Of a DNA stretch of 64,000 nucleotides, positions 38,501 to 51,902 are shown piece by piece. The DNA comes from Chrysomallon squamiferum. Lineage: Eukaryota > Animalia > Mollusca. The notes under the pieces are model-generated. The model made no database searches. It saw only the letters and a list, made by a program, of their open reading frames with translations, and was not told the DNA's origin. A program made the translations under genes and the position numbers. The number at the start of each line of letters is the position of its first letter. Within the stretch, counting starts at the first letter, position 1. The stretch is from NCBI GenBank assembly GCA_012295275.1, contig CM022669.1, positions 17,794,001 through 17,858,000 of the forward strand. The letters run 5' to 3'.

Positions 38501-41370
38501 TAAAATATACTTCCGTATATACATCCATTCACTCTTCCATAAAATAAAGTATCTTAAATTCATTTGTTCAGAATCCTTATTATTGTTGTTGTTTTTGTCA
38601 CTGAAAATTATTTATGATTATTTTGTTGTTTCTTTGATCAGAAATTCTCTGACAAGTAGAGTTTGTCTTCACCCATCATTACCCCTCACAGTGGAATGAA
38701 CCTCATTCCAAACAATGAATATGAAGAATGGGATATGCTGCACCAGATGCATCAAGACTGGTTACTTTGTTTTTATTTTCTTGGATATCCTTATGTTCAT
38801 TTGTCACTTATCAGTTCTTTCACAACTTTAATGCTTTTTCTATTGAATGTTGCTCCAGATTTGTAAATTAATGTCTAGGAGTAATATTCAAAGATAAAAG
38901 AAACTCCAACATAGCTTTTGTAAATTTCTGTAAAGTCTAGACATCTGTTTTTGTTTAAGCTCTTTTCTTGTACTAACAGAATCCCACATTTGACCCTAAT
39001 CAGCAGTATATGAATTGTAAAACCAAAAAAAGACCTGTTTGGAACTATACCGTTTTTATATTTTGTAGTTGACATTAAAAAACTCTTTCTCACCTAGTGC
39101 TGTTTTCTGGTCTTATTCTCACATTTTCTTCATCTTGTTTTTATATTAACAACTGCTGTAAAATTAGCAACCAGGTGTCTAATATGTGGGAAGTATATGT
39201 AACAGTAGCACTTCAGCAATCATTTTTCTTTTGAAGTCTTTTTTTGTTTTTTATTTTACATGTGAAAAATATCAATGTATAAGCAAACTGCAATATTTTT
39301 GTTTATATTTAACACATGGACTGGCCAAATGTCAAAGCCTATGTAAAGACATATGACAAATTTGTTTCAACTGTCTATTTAATTATTTTACCTACAGTTT
39401 GTTATCTTTTAAGATCATTCAGTATATAGATAATTATATTATTGTATATAAATTCTATACAGAAGAGCATGAAGGTATTTTACCTTCCCTTAAAATGTAA
39501 GTGAATGTTATTTCAAAAAATAATAATAATAATAAGTAATAGGATATCTAATAGTTAGTTATGTAACAGTAATATTGAATAATACAGATGCTGAAATGAT
39601 TAAATTTGAATGCCCCAAAGTTGATCTTATCCATTCATTCTTGATAACTGCCATATATATATATATGTATTTTTTTTTTGTTTATTTGTTTACATTTACT
39701 CCTGAAAATTCTTTTTGTTGTCTCTAAAAAATTATTTATTTAGTTGTTGGTTCAGTTACTTTGATTAGAACTTTTCTCACATGCAGACTTCATTTTCACT
39801 GACTGTTACAACCATTCCAGATGGTGCAGGTTTTCCTAAATGATTTTGATCCAGAGTATGCTTTAGCACTCACAGTTTGATGATATACTAGTGATGAAAT
39901 GACAATGATTTGCTATCATTCTTGTAAGACAACAGCCAGATATTTGTTCATATAATTGTTACTGTTCATTCTTTAGGTGGTTTCCAACTAACAACTCCTG
40001 CTTTATCATAATATTCATATTCATCCAGAGAAATATCTGTAAAAACGGTAATAATATTGTTTATCCACAATCACATTCCACTACCACATTTTATTTAGTT
40101 ATTCATTATTTCACACCAGTTTAACATTTATCATGCCAAGGTTTGTTGCTTGATTTAGTAAAAAAATGTTAGTATAAATATATTTATAATGAAAATAGTC
40201 CTGTTTTTAAAAATATCTCTGGCATATTATTTAGCACGTATTTTCATCAACAGATAAAGACATAAGAAGTTTTTTTATTTTTTTTTTATTTTTATTTTTT
40301 TGTCCTTATAGTATAAATTTATCTTCGTGTATGAGTTTCAACATAAAATTTAAAATCTAATCAAAAGAGGACAAGTCTTTAACTGTAAGTTTTGTAAATA
40401 ATTATAAATAAAATTCAAAATAATGAAAGTTAAGAAATATATATATCATAAAAACATATTTGAAATTCATTTTAACATGTAGATGTAAACTATTAACAAG
40501 TATGATTTAGTCCATTGATTTTGGTTTGATCTTCATAAGCAGCCAGGCCATTTCCCATTTTAAGCAGTGCTTTATGACTGGTGTATCTAAGGCCTTGTTG
40601 TTTACAAACATCTTTCTGGATTGTAGCAGGTTTTTTCTTTAGATTACCAAAATGGTATTAATAAAGTGATGATAGATAATATATTTTTTTCATTTTCTTA
40701 TTCATTTTATTTAATTTTAATTTTTAATTAATCAGTTTATTTTTTATTATTATTATTTTTTTTTTAAATTTATTATCTGAGCAAAATATATTTGTATATC
40801 CTACCACTTCTGTATTTTGCCCTTGTTGAAATGACAGTGACTTGCTGTCCTTGTCCTAAAAGACCAGCCAGATATTTGTTCATATCTCCACAAAGTTTAG
40901 TCTCATTACTATTACTGTTCATTTCTTTAGATGGTTTCCAACTCCTGTTTTTTTTATAATATTCATATTCATCCAGAGAAATATCTGTAAAAAAATGGTA
41001 ATAATACACTTAAGCCACAATCACATTCCACTACCACATTTTATTTCGTTATTCATTATTTCAGACTTGTTTTCACTCATAAGATTTATCATGCCACGGT
41101 TTGTTGCTTGATTTAGTAAAAAAAAAAAAAACCTCTCCTCTATTAGAGATGCAAATGATTAAAGTGAACATCAGATAAAAAGAAATAATATTAGGCTATT
41201 AAGTTCATCTTTTTTCCCATTAGAAACAGTTGTCAAAATAAAGAGAATGATATGAACATATTTCACCTTACCTGAAATTGTAAATGAATTTCATTAAATA
41301 ACAAGATAGCTATAAAAGTAATGCAGTAGCTATAAAAGTAAGATTGAATAATACAGATACTATAGCATTG
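35520..41370 (-). pseudogene. Decayed tandem segmental duplication (4-5 partial copies) containing minus-strand exon-like segments of an unidentified gene
   Basis: Module ...TTCATTTCTTTAGATGGTT...GAAATATCTGTAAAAAATGGTAATAATA...CCACAATCACATTCCACTACCACATTTTA at ~35520, ~37860, ~39890 and ~40800. A second module GAAGAGCATGAAC..ATTTTACCTT..GTAATATTGAATAATACAGAT at ~35830, 36070, 37010, 39460 and 41240. The best copy (40805-40985) is open with TTTTACAG acceptor and GT donor; the others are frameshifted. Confidence 0.5.
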
Positions 41371-41824
41371 GCACTTCAATGTCATATTTAGTTTGACACG
41401 TCATGACTGACGTCTGGAAAGTATGTCCACCAGAATTCTTCCACAGTCGTAACCGGTGGTCTTGAGCCTGATGATGGATTTAGCAAGCTGTAAAAATGAA
41501 TAAATAGACAATTAATCTTTTCATGATAGATCTTAGTATGTGAGAAAAACAAAAAAGTCACAGTTTATGTAAAACAAATTTCAACCAATATGATAATATG
41601 TGTGTGTTTTAAGAGTAATATATGTTTGTTTCATAAAAATCAATCCATGACAATTTCTTTTCTTTTTTTCTTTCTTTTTTGAAGAAGTATTAAAGCATTC
41701 CGTGACATCAATATATCTATTTTTGTGCCATAGTTTTGTTACTTTTATTACAGTTTATGTTTTTACAATTTACAAAAACTACATTTTGGTTTGCAATTTT
41801 GTTTTATTTGATGTTTATTGATAA

Positions 41825-41868
<44 letters not shown>

Positions 41869-44800
41869 ATATATATATATCTACACACAGGAAAAATAAA
41901 ATAACAAAATGTCATTTTTAAAATATTTCATGTTACCAAGCTTTTTCTAGTATAATATCATTTCTAAAATTGAGAAACAATAAAAGAACAAACAAAATAG
42001 TTTAATGCATATAAAATTTTTTATTTTCAAAAATAAGTTAACATACATGTATGCAGCAACACAAATGCTTCGAATCAGAAAACACTGAGTTGTGTGAAGA
42101 AGAGGCATACTCGGAAGCACGTAATTTTGTTATTGCAGGGTGCATGTTGACAAGCAGTTAATACATAATAAATCATTTTAAAACATCCTTAAACATTCAT
42201 TTTTTTTTTTTGGCAAAAACAATGGCAACAGACAAAATGCAATAGGCTGAGATTCAAAATGATTTTTTTTTTTTTTTTTTTCAGCTTACAAAGGTATTAA
42301 AAAAACAATACAAACTAATGTTCACAATCCAACTCTAAATAATTAACTTGAAAAACAATTTATAGAAATATAAATAAATTAATAAAATAAAAGGATCAAT
42401 TGAAATGAAAAGATAAAAATTGATGAATTCATAAGAAAACCATTTAAATATTGATAAAAATATTTTATTCAGAGATTTTAAAGTGGTATAAATCAATTAT
42501 CTTAGTGTTTAAAAAACCAAAGAACATTTGTCACAGTTTTGCTACACACTTAACAAACAATCCATGTATAAATTTGTCACTTTAAATACAAATGACTCTA
42601 TGGTCATGGATACATAAAAACAATAAGTATTTGTTAGTAGATATTTACTTGTAATGACAACAAATAAAACACACCTTTGGATGGGTCAGAATACTATATA
42701 TATTTATTACTAGAAGAATAGAGAATAGTTATACTTTTGCACATACAACTTATAAATAAATTAAACATTTTATTCAAAACTACTTTTATATATTCCTAAA
42801 TATTTTGTATTTATATTTCTTTTGCCTTTATCCCAAGCTATGTGTGTGAGTGTTTGTGTAAGAGTATCTCTATCAGTTTGATTTTGCAAAGTGTCAGTGT
42901 TTGTGTCTGTAAAGTTTCCCAGTATCAACAACAAATAACAAATTTATCAGCATTACATCCACAAGTCCAAGTCATTATAAATTATCACAATTTATTTTAA
43001 TAATTTTATGTACATTTAATAGACATTAGTTTAAATCTGTCAGGCTTTTACTTCCATAGCATTACAATGTTTTATCACTGCAATCAATTTTAGTAATGTT
43101 TAGATACATATATAATATACTTGTATATAATTATTGCACTGTGTAATTATACATTTTTCTGATGCACAAGTTTTTCATTTATACATATACTCACATGTAT
43201 GTTTATTTATATGAGGTGTGTGTGTGTGTGTGTTTTTACATACATGTAATAAACTGCATTTATTTGATCACCAGATCAAATTCAGACCAAAGAAGATCAT
43301 CCAGATATATTTATTTTGATTTAGGAATAAATATAAAACAGATAATAATAATAATAAACAAAACATAAATAAAAATGTGAACAAAAATATACAATGTCTT
43401 GTCAACAATGCTCTGCACCTATTTTGCATCACTACAAATACAATAACTTATTGATACAGATATCTACAAAGTCTAAAATATTTCAGTGAATTGTCAAGTT
43501 CCTCATTTCCTGGTCACTTGAATCTGGGACTTGGGAATTTTATACCTGGATAATCTTATGGTACATTTAAACATGTGTGTGTGTGTGTGTGTGTGTGTGC
43601 CCTAAAACAATGATAACAAAAAACAAAGCAAAAAACCCAAAAAAAAACATGATAAAATTAAAAAAATAAAGTAAAATTAAATATTTAAAAAGCCAAAGAA
43701 TTTCTGCTAATAAAATATCACTAAATACTTTTTTTTTAAACAGTAAATAAATGCAACCTTAAACAGATAAATCCCTAAGCTACTGAAACCATAGCTTATC
43801 ATATATTTATTAAATATCTTTAGTTAAAACTTCTGACATTTATACAAGTCAGTCAATACACAAAACAGAAAAATCTATGTATACAGTTGTTTACATGTGT
43901 ATTTTCAAAATTAAATTAATAAAAACACAAAGAAAACAGACCAGTGAAAACTGCAAAATAATTAAACATTTAATTTGTTAATTGTCTCATTATAGTAATG
44001 ATATTAACAGTATAATAATTGTAGTAGTCATGGTAATAATATTAGTGTATTGCATCTGTTAAATAAGATTCAGCAGTTAAAAGGAATGTAGATATTACCA
44101 AGAGTTGAAGAGAATTTTGTGAAGGAAGCAGACATAAGAGAAGACATGAATTTCTGGTTTTGTTTGATGAAGTAAATGATATATCATCATGACGAAGAAA
44201 ATGATAAAGAAAAATATTACTTATCTTCACAGGCCAAGAAAATGAGTCATCATGGTAACAAAAATTACTCATAATCAGCTGATGGATAATATAATATTTG
44301 TAATGCTGAAAAGGTGATTAAGTGCATGGGTGCATAGATTTTCAGATCCAATCTAAATTAGCAGTATTAAGATTTAAATGTGAATATAAAGTGACCCTTC
44401 ATTATACTAAATATTTAAATGCTTGAACCCTTATGATTTCACAATATTTTCCAATACCTTTATATATGTGTTTTAAAATGTGACTCAAAATTAAAACATA
44501 TAAATTGGAATAAAAAGAATGTGTGTACAGGAATCCCTGAATTCTTGTTACTAACTTTTAAATAAATAAAGATTTTTTAAAAATTAATTTCCATTTACAT
44601 ATGTTGTTACAAACTTATTTTCTACATTCAGCAATTTGTAAATTTGTAAATTTGCAGTGGAATGAAATCATTAAATGAATGTTTGTATATTAAACAAAAA
44701 TTAATCCAAAGTAAACTGAATGTGATAAATGACATTTTGGCTAGATGAAGTAACGTGAAAGCTTTTTAAATATTAAATTATTAATTTATAATTTCAAAAC

Positions 44801-47322
44801 TGGTTTAAAAAAAAAAAGACTAAAAAATAGAATAAAAAACTAAAATGAAAGAAATAAAATGGACCCTTATGAAATCTATAAATGGTAAAAATCAGAACCC
44901 TTTAACTTGGTAAAACATTTGGACCCTTAATGTTAATTATTATAAAATTGGTAAAAATATGACATGCTAATAGAAAGTAGGTAAATGTTTGGACCCCTTT
45001 TTTGAAATGGTGAAAAAATATGGAAATGTCTCTGTTATTACAGAAGAAACTGGACAAATTTAATGTGAGAATGCTATCACATTTTATAAAATAATGATTT
45101 TTCAAACAGATCCAAAATAAAGAATATATGTATGTCTGTGTGTGTTATTTTATTTACATATATTGAGAAAGATACAAGACATTAAAGCCAAATACGTCTG
45201 AAAGTATTATTATTTAATTAATTAATTAATTAATTTTATTTATTTATTTTATTTTATTCCCTCAAGCACTTCCTACATGTGACAGAAATCTGTAATTACC
45301 AAATATAATTTTTATATGATACAATAAAAAACAAAAAATAATAATAATAATAAAACCCTGACATTAAAAATGGGACCAAAATTAGAATTACAAGAAAAAT
45401 TATCCATAAACAATTATTTTGTGCATAGCATTTATCAGCTCTAAAACAAATCTCCCACAAATTTATCACAAATGGGTGTGTGCAAGAAAATAAAATAAAA
45501 GGCACTTTCTTTTTAAACAAATTGCAACAAAAATTAATATTTTAATGTTAAAATTTAATAATAATAATAATAAATAATAAAAATGTATGTATAAAAGTAA
45601 CATTAATAATAAAAGAAATAAAATATATAATTTGTTTTTAATAACCAATAAATTATTGTTATTTCAATTTATTTATTTTCAGCTGCAAGTTTCCTTTGGT
45701 ATTATAAATCACAGTAAAGATATATATATATATATATATAAATAATAATAATAATAATAATAATAATAAGCTTCTCTTTCAAGATTTTTTATTTTTAAAT
45801 TTTTTTAAATTTTATTTTATTTTTAATTAAACTAAGAAAAAAAAATATATGTGTGCATGTTCTTATTGTTCTTTGTGCAATACTGGTACATAATACAAAT
45901 ATTACACCTTATATGTCAGATGTAGTAAAAACAGTCTATGCATCACTGACAACTGATAAAGTAAATTTTTATTTATTCTTAATTATTTATTTACTTATTT
46001 ATTTAAAAAAAAAAAAAAGAAATCTTGAAAGAAAAGTCTCAAAATAATCCCAAATTGCTAGAAAAAAACAAAATAACTTACAACTGTAATTTTTAAATAT
46101 TAAATTTTATGGGCATTCAGTTTTTTTGTGCAATATATTTTATATACATGTGCCCTTCAAATAATAATAAAAAATAAAATAAAATAAAGAGATAATAATA
46201 ATAGTAATAATAGTAATAATAGCACGTAGTATTACATTAGCTCAAGAAATGGTATCAAGATAAAACATCATGTTACATCTAATATAATATTTATGAAAGT
46301 GCATGAGTTAAGTAGATAAAAAGTTTAAGAAAAACTGTGTACATATATAACATGCACAACCTTAGATTCCCCCTTTCTATCAGATCTAGGTAAAGTGTTA
46401 AAGAGATGCCAGCTGGCAAAGAGAGACTCGTAATAAATAAAATTTCAAATACTGAGTAATTCAAAGTTTAATGTGTTAAATGCAGCTAGCAGTCCATACA
46501 TATATTTTGCATACATTTTTATAAAAGTTTGGAAGAAAAGTTGTAAATCTAATAAATAAAAATAAAATAGGATTTTTTTAAAAACAATATAATGGTGCAT
46601 TATGTTCTGATGAAGATAACTGAGGGATGGATAAATGGATGGATGGAAATATTAATTAAAATATATATGTTTTTTTTAAAAAATGTGTATCTTTTCCTCA
46701 TGTTTAATAAATGCTGTAACTGACTGTGCAGTTTATTTTTTCAGTTTTAGTTTAAAATTAATTTTGGTTCGTGCAGTATGTTACAGTAAAGTTTATAATA
46801 CATCATGGAACATTTTTTCAGTAGTTTTTGTGCAATATTTAAATACCTAACTTTGTGCAATAATGTTTATTGTGCAATGATTTAATTATTCATGTTAGTG
46901 CAATAAGATAAATATAAATACAGCATAGAATGTTATTTTCAGAAGTAATTTAAGTATGAAAATTGTTAAAATCAGGAAAAACTAATATTGAGATACAAAC
47001 CAACACAACAAACGTGTTTCACAGGCACTTTGAAATAATACATAGTCATGTTGGCAGTATTTTAACTAAATAAAATATTTTTAAGTAAATTAAGAACAAT
47101 AACAATAATGAAGAAATAAAATTAAATAAATAAATAAAAGGACATTCTTTTTTTTTTTTTAAAATGCAGAAATCAATATATTTGATCAGTGATGAATTTA
47201 ATTTTTTTTTTTTTTACCTTAAGTGTCCGGTTTTAAAACTAAATACATTTGGCATAGTCAGTGTTAAAAACAAAAATGGAGAATAATTATTTTAAAAAAG
47301 TACTAATCAGAAATTAGTTTGA

Positions 47323-48558
47323 CTACCGAGACAAGTTGGACAGTGTATTACTGGAAGCATTTGTCACTTGAGGCACTGCACTGGTGCTCTCTTCAGTCGA
47401 CTGGTCCTCGAAAGTAGGCACTTTGAATGGAATCCCAGTCCTCAGCAAAGCCTCCATGGCATCAATTCGATTGAACTCTTTCAGTTTCAGCAGCAGCTGT
47501 CTCACTGTGGCACTGTGTTGTTTTGACCACTCCTCAAGTACACGGTCAGTTTGACTGAACTGATACGAATCTACACTGTCCAGAGTGGGCAGGGCATCGG
47601 TCAGCCCCAGTGTCACAGCCAGCAGACACCAGTCACGCCCCATCGGTTCAGAAGGGTCAAGGAGGTAGCAGAGAAGTCGCCTGGTGTGTAATGTCAGATG
47701 AGACACATCCAGATCAACACCTAGAGTAATACTGTTTAGAATGTCTTCAGAACCCATGCAGACAATGTCCACGAATTCCTCTTGCTGATCCCCAGACAGC
47801 ACAATCGAATGTCTGTCCTCCAACTGCATTCGAAGGATTTCCGTCGGAGAATAGCTACGAATAATCTTCCCGTGTTCTTTCAGCTGACTGGGACTCAGAG
47901 TGTATCTCTCTGTACAGATTCCCGGACAGACATTGTCCACAACCTGTTCCACAATGTTCACCAAATCCTCGAGGAAATAGAACAACTGTTTCCTAGTATC
48001 CTCCGTCCCCCGAACTTTGATTTCAATGTACTGCTCATGTTTGTCCATATCGATCATTCCTTCCAGATCTCCGCAGCAGTATTTTGTCCCATGATGCCAC
48101 TGATAGAGGTCAGAGTCATTGTCTGGTTCGTCGCTCTCCTGAGCGATGTTGCGACGAAGATAAACCTGGATTCTTGGGAAGAGATATTTGAGCTGAGCAC
48201 CAGTTTGAAAGCTGGTGTGTATCCTCACCCCTCCATACACACCTTTTGCATAGCGCTTTAAGTCCTTCTGCCACAGCCCGTTCAGCGTTTCAACAAAATT
48301 GAGGCAAGGAAATTCATACTCTATATCACCGTCATTATCACAGGGAGTGCACAGTTCCAGGGCCTCCAGAACCTGCAGGAGGTCGACTGCCTCGGTGTCC
48401 GGGTAAATCAACTGAAACTCGTCCACAGAGAAACAACCAGTGATTCTCGTCTGCACTATCTTGTCATGTGACACCAAGTGACCAATCACGTCAGAGCACA
48501 ACCACTTTGGATCAAACACAACGAGGTCTTGGACAAATTCACTTTCAAGATACACAAT
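47323..48558 (-). CDS. DAPK1: DAPK1 terminal exon (COR C-part, death domain, Ser-rich tail)
   Basis: Acceptor TTTTTTTCAG at 48559; 410-aa open frame to stop at 47323. Confidence 0.95.
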   Translation of the reverse strand: MVYLESEFVQDLVVFDPKWLCSDVIGHLVSHDKIVQTRITGCFSVDEFQLIYPDTEAVDLLQVLEALELCTPCDNDGDIEYEFPCLNFVETLNGLWQKDLKRYAKGVYGGVRIHTSFQTGAQLKYLFPRIQVYLRRNIAQESDEPDNDSDLYQWHHGTKYCCGDLEGMIDMDKHEQYIEIKVRGTEDTRKQLFYFLEDLVNIVEQVVDNVCPGICTERYTLSPSQLKEHGKIIRSYSPTEILRMQLEDRHSIVLSGDQQEEFVDIVCMGSEDILNSITLGVDLDVSHLTLHTRRLLCYLLDPSEPMGRDWCLLAVTLGLTDALPTLDSVDSYQFSQTDRVLEEWSKQHSATVRQLLLKLKEFNRIDAMEALLRTGIPFKVPTFEDQSTEESTSAVPQVTNASSNTLSNLSR

Positions 48559-51003
48559 CTGAAAAAAATTATAAAATATATTTTTAAAAACATTTAAAAA
48601 GTTATTAATTTGAATAAGTCACTTAATAAGATATCTCTTAAATCAAAATGAAAATATATAGATATTATATTTTATTAAGATTTTGTTCTAAGTATGAAAC
48701 TACATATATTTAATATTTCAGCAAGAATATTTATTTGATTATCACTTTGTGCAGGCTTTTTTCTCTCTGTGGGACAGTGCAAATAAAATATATTTTTATA
48801 TTTCTGTTATTGATAAAGGCAAAACATTATATGCACCTGCTAATGTCAAAAAATAAACAACTGTGCTCTAATTAAAATGTTTTTGTCTGACTGAAACTAA
48901 CCTCTCCCATCAGTTGTAACTGTTCTGAAATCTGTTTGAGGTTTTCTTCTGCTGCCAGTGGATTCACCTTCATCCTTGTGTACTCCATGAACTGTTGCCA
49001 TGACAACACAGGAAAAGCAGAAGATGCTTTTCTCCATGTGGGCAGACTGTTGATCATGGCATCCAGAAAACCACTTGTTTTTGGCAGGGACTGAAAACAG
49101 ATGTAGAAATAAGCAATTGCTGTTGTTATCAACATCATCATTATCTTCATAACCACCACTACCACTGCATTAATACTACAACTGCCACTACAACAACAAT
49201 TACTATTACTGCTACTACTGACTACTACTGTGACTATTAGTACTATTATTATTACAAATGCTATCATCATTATTACTACATCTATTACTATAATTAACGT
49301 AAGCATTTTACTTCTACTTCTGCTACTACTGTTACTATGATTATTAGTGTTACACTACTACTACTATTTTTATTATTACTACTATTAGTCTTACTACTAT
49401 CAATACCACTACCACTACTACTACTATTATTCCACTTCTATCATTATTATTATTCTACTATTACTACTATTAATTCTACTATTATTACTGCTGCTGCTAC
49501 TACTACAATTACTATAACAATTACTACTATTACTACTAAAGAAAAAAGAAACATAGTACATGTCTTTGCTGTATGATTAACACACGAAAGTACATTGAAA
49601 TTTCACAGAATTTTCTAGCTGATGAAACACTTCTTACCGAAACAATTTTGTTTTTGATGTCAGAAAGACAGTGTTTGAGAACTTTGATTTCTGTGGTGGC
49701 AGCTACAGTGGCATCCAGAACAAAGAGTTTGTCTTCAATGTCAAGGTCATACTGGAACATCTGTCTGGCCTTGTTGAGGATTGTGTTACCCTCTGGACTG
49801 ATGTAAACACTTTCCTTGTTCCTATGGCAACCAGCTTTGTCAGCATGTGTTGCAACTAACACAACTTTTGGTGTGTTTGGAAGCCTACCACAGTGACCTG
49901 AATAATACATATAAATAAATAAATAAATAAATAAATAAATAGTTTTAATACTGGGAAAGATCTTTAACAGAAAAATTTTTTTTAATTACAATTTAAGAAA
50001 AACCCATCAGCCTCAGTGCAACTTGCTATCTTACTGTCTTATTTTATTATTAACAAAGATTGCTTGCCAAAAACTAATAAATGTAATTTGGATGAATGAA
50101 AAAATATATATTTTGAAGAATTCCATTGTAAATAAACAATAATTTTAAATTAAGACAATATTTATAATAATTTTTAAAAGTGCTATTCAACTATCTGAAG
50201 ATAATAGCATATTAATGATATATAATTTTAAATTAAAAAGAGAAACAAAATAAAATAAAGAAAACATAATTCAAGGGAGACAACTCTCAATTATTACCAG
50301 AAGTCTGTACTTTTACTGTTTTAATTATCTTGAACAAAACAGAATATGGTCATTAGTTAATTACAGAAACAAAATGTTTAATGCAATTTTATTTAATATA
50401 AATATACAAATATATAATTGTAGATTTAAAATTGTATTGCACATATAGATAAATAAAACATTACTCCCTTGTTATATTTCAAAATAAAACCATTTTAAAC
50501 AGATAAATAAAATTACAGATTTAAAAAAAAAATACTCTGTGTTGTTAAATAAAATATTTCTCTCTTTTATATTTCACTACATACATAAAACGTGTGTTAA
50601 GACAAACCTATGGGTAAATCAGGAGGCACTCTAGCTTTTAGAAAATTGAGCCAGAAGATGACTTGAGCCATTTGTTCATCATAGGAATCTTGAAGACTAA
50701 ACACAACCATGTGTATACAGTTGGTGTCACCCAGGAAGTGGTCGTAGACCATGTAGTATGGTTCATAGCCTGAGAAGTCCCACACACTCAGATCACCAAC
50801 ACCTGTAGAAATAATAATATTATCAGTCAGTTAAATCAATGGATTTCAAGTGGGCGAAGTTTCAATACATATAGATCTTAGGCATATAAAACAAAAAATT
50901 ATACAGAATATTAATAATTTATAATACAGTTAATCAATATACTGTCTTTCTTTCTTTTCTAAAATATATTTATTATTATTATTATTATTATTATTTTCTC
51001 TAA

Positions 51004-51101
<98 letters not shown>

Positions 51102-51855
51102 GAATATTTAAAATAAAATTTCTGCAAGAACATCATAACTATTCATATATTTTTATCTCTTACCATAAACAGTAAATTGCAGATAAATATTTTAAACATG
51201 AAATGACACTGACTTTTACTGTAAGAACAATTTACATCCTCTACATGTTAACCACACTGGACATTTTTATGACAAATGGGTATTGTTTTAGAAAGCTTTA
51301 TAACTACATACCTGATAAATAGACTTGCTGAATTTCAATGCCTTTGGTATAAACTGGGTTTCCCACTGAATAACACAGAGGAGTTGGCAAACTAAACTGA
51401 CGTGACAATTTCACTTTATCTGAAAAAATAAAAATAAATAACAAAAATAAAATAGCTGTATAATTATGTATTTTTATATATTTTCAAACATATTTATTTT
51501 AAAACTTGATTTAAACTATTATTTTATTATAGGTCTTTAAAATTTAAAAAATTTTCATAATTATTATTTTAACAACATTAATAATAATAATAATAAAAAT
51601 AATAAACGGAAATAAAATAATCAAAATAACATTTCTTTTTTAAACAGAAGAAAAAAAAAAATAGAAGAACTTGGAAGATAATTATTTTCAGTCAGCCTAA
51701 AGCAAGGATGTATGTACCATTTTTTAAAAATCTAAATTTTATACAGACTACATTACAGTAATTTGTACAAATCATTCCCCGCCCAAAAAATAAATTACAA
51801 AATAAAGAGAGAAATCAATGTATTTTCCTAAGTTATAGCTAAAACAAGCAACTAA

Positions 51856-51902
<47 letters not shown>

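Noticed and set aside
47782-48261. 159-aa plus-strand ORF
   Set aside because: Antisense to the DAPK1 terminal exon; no independent motifs.
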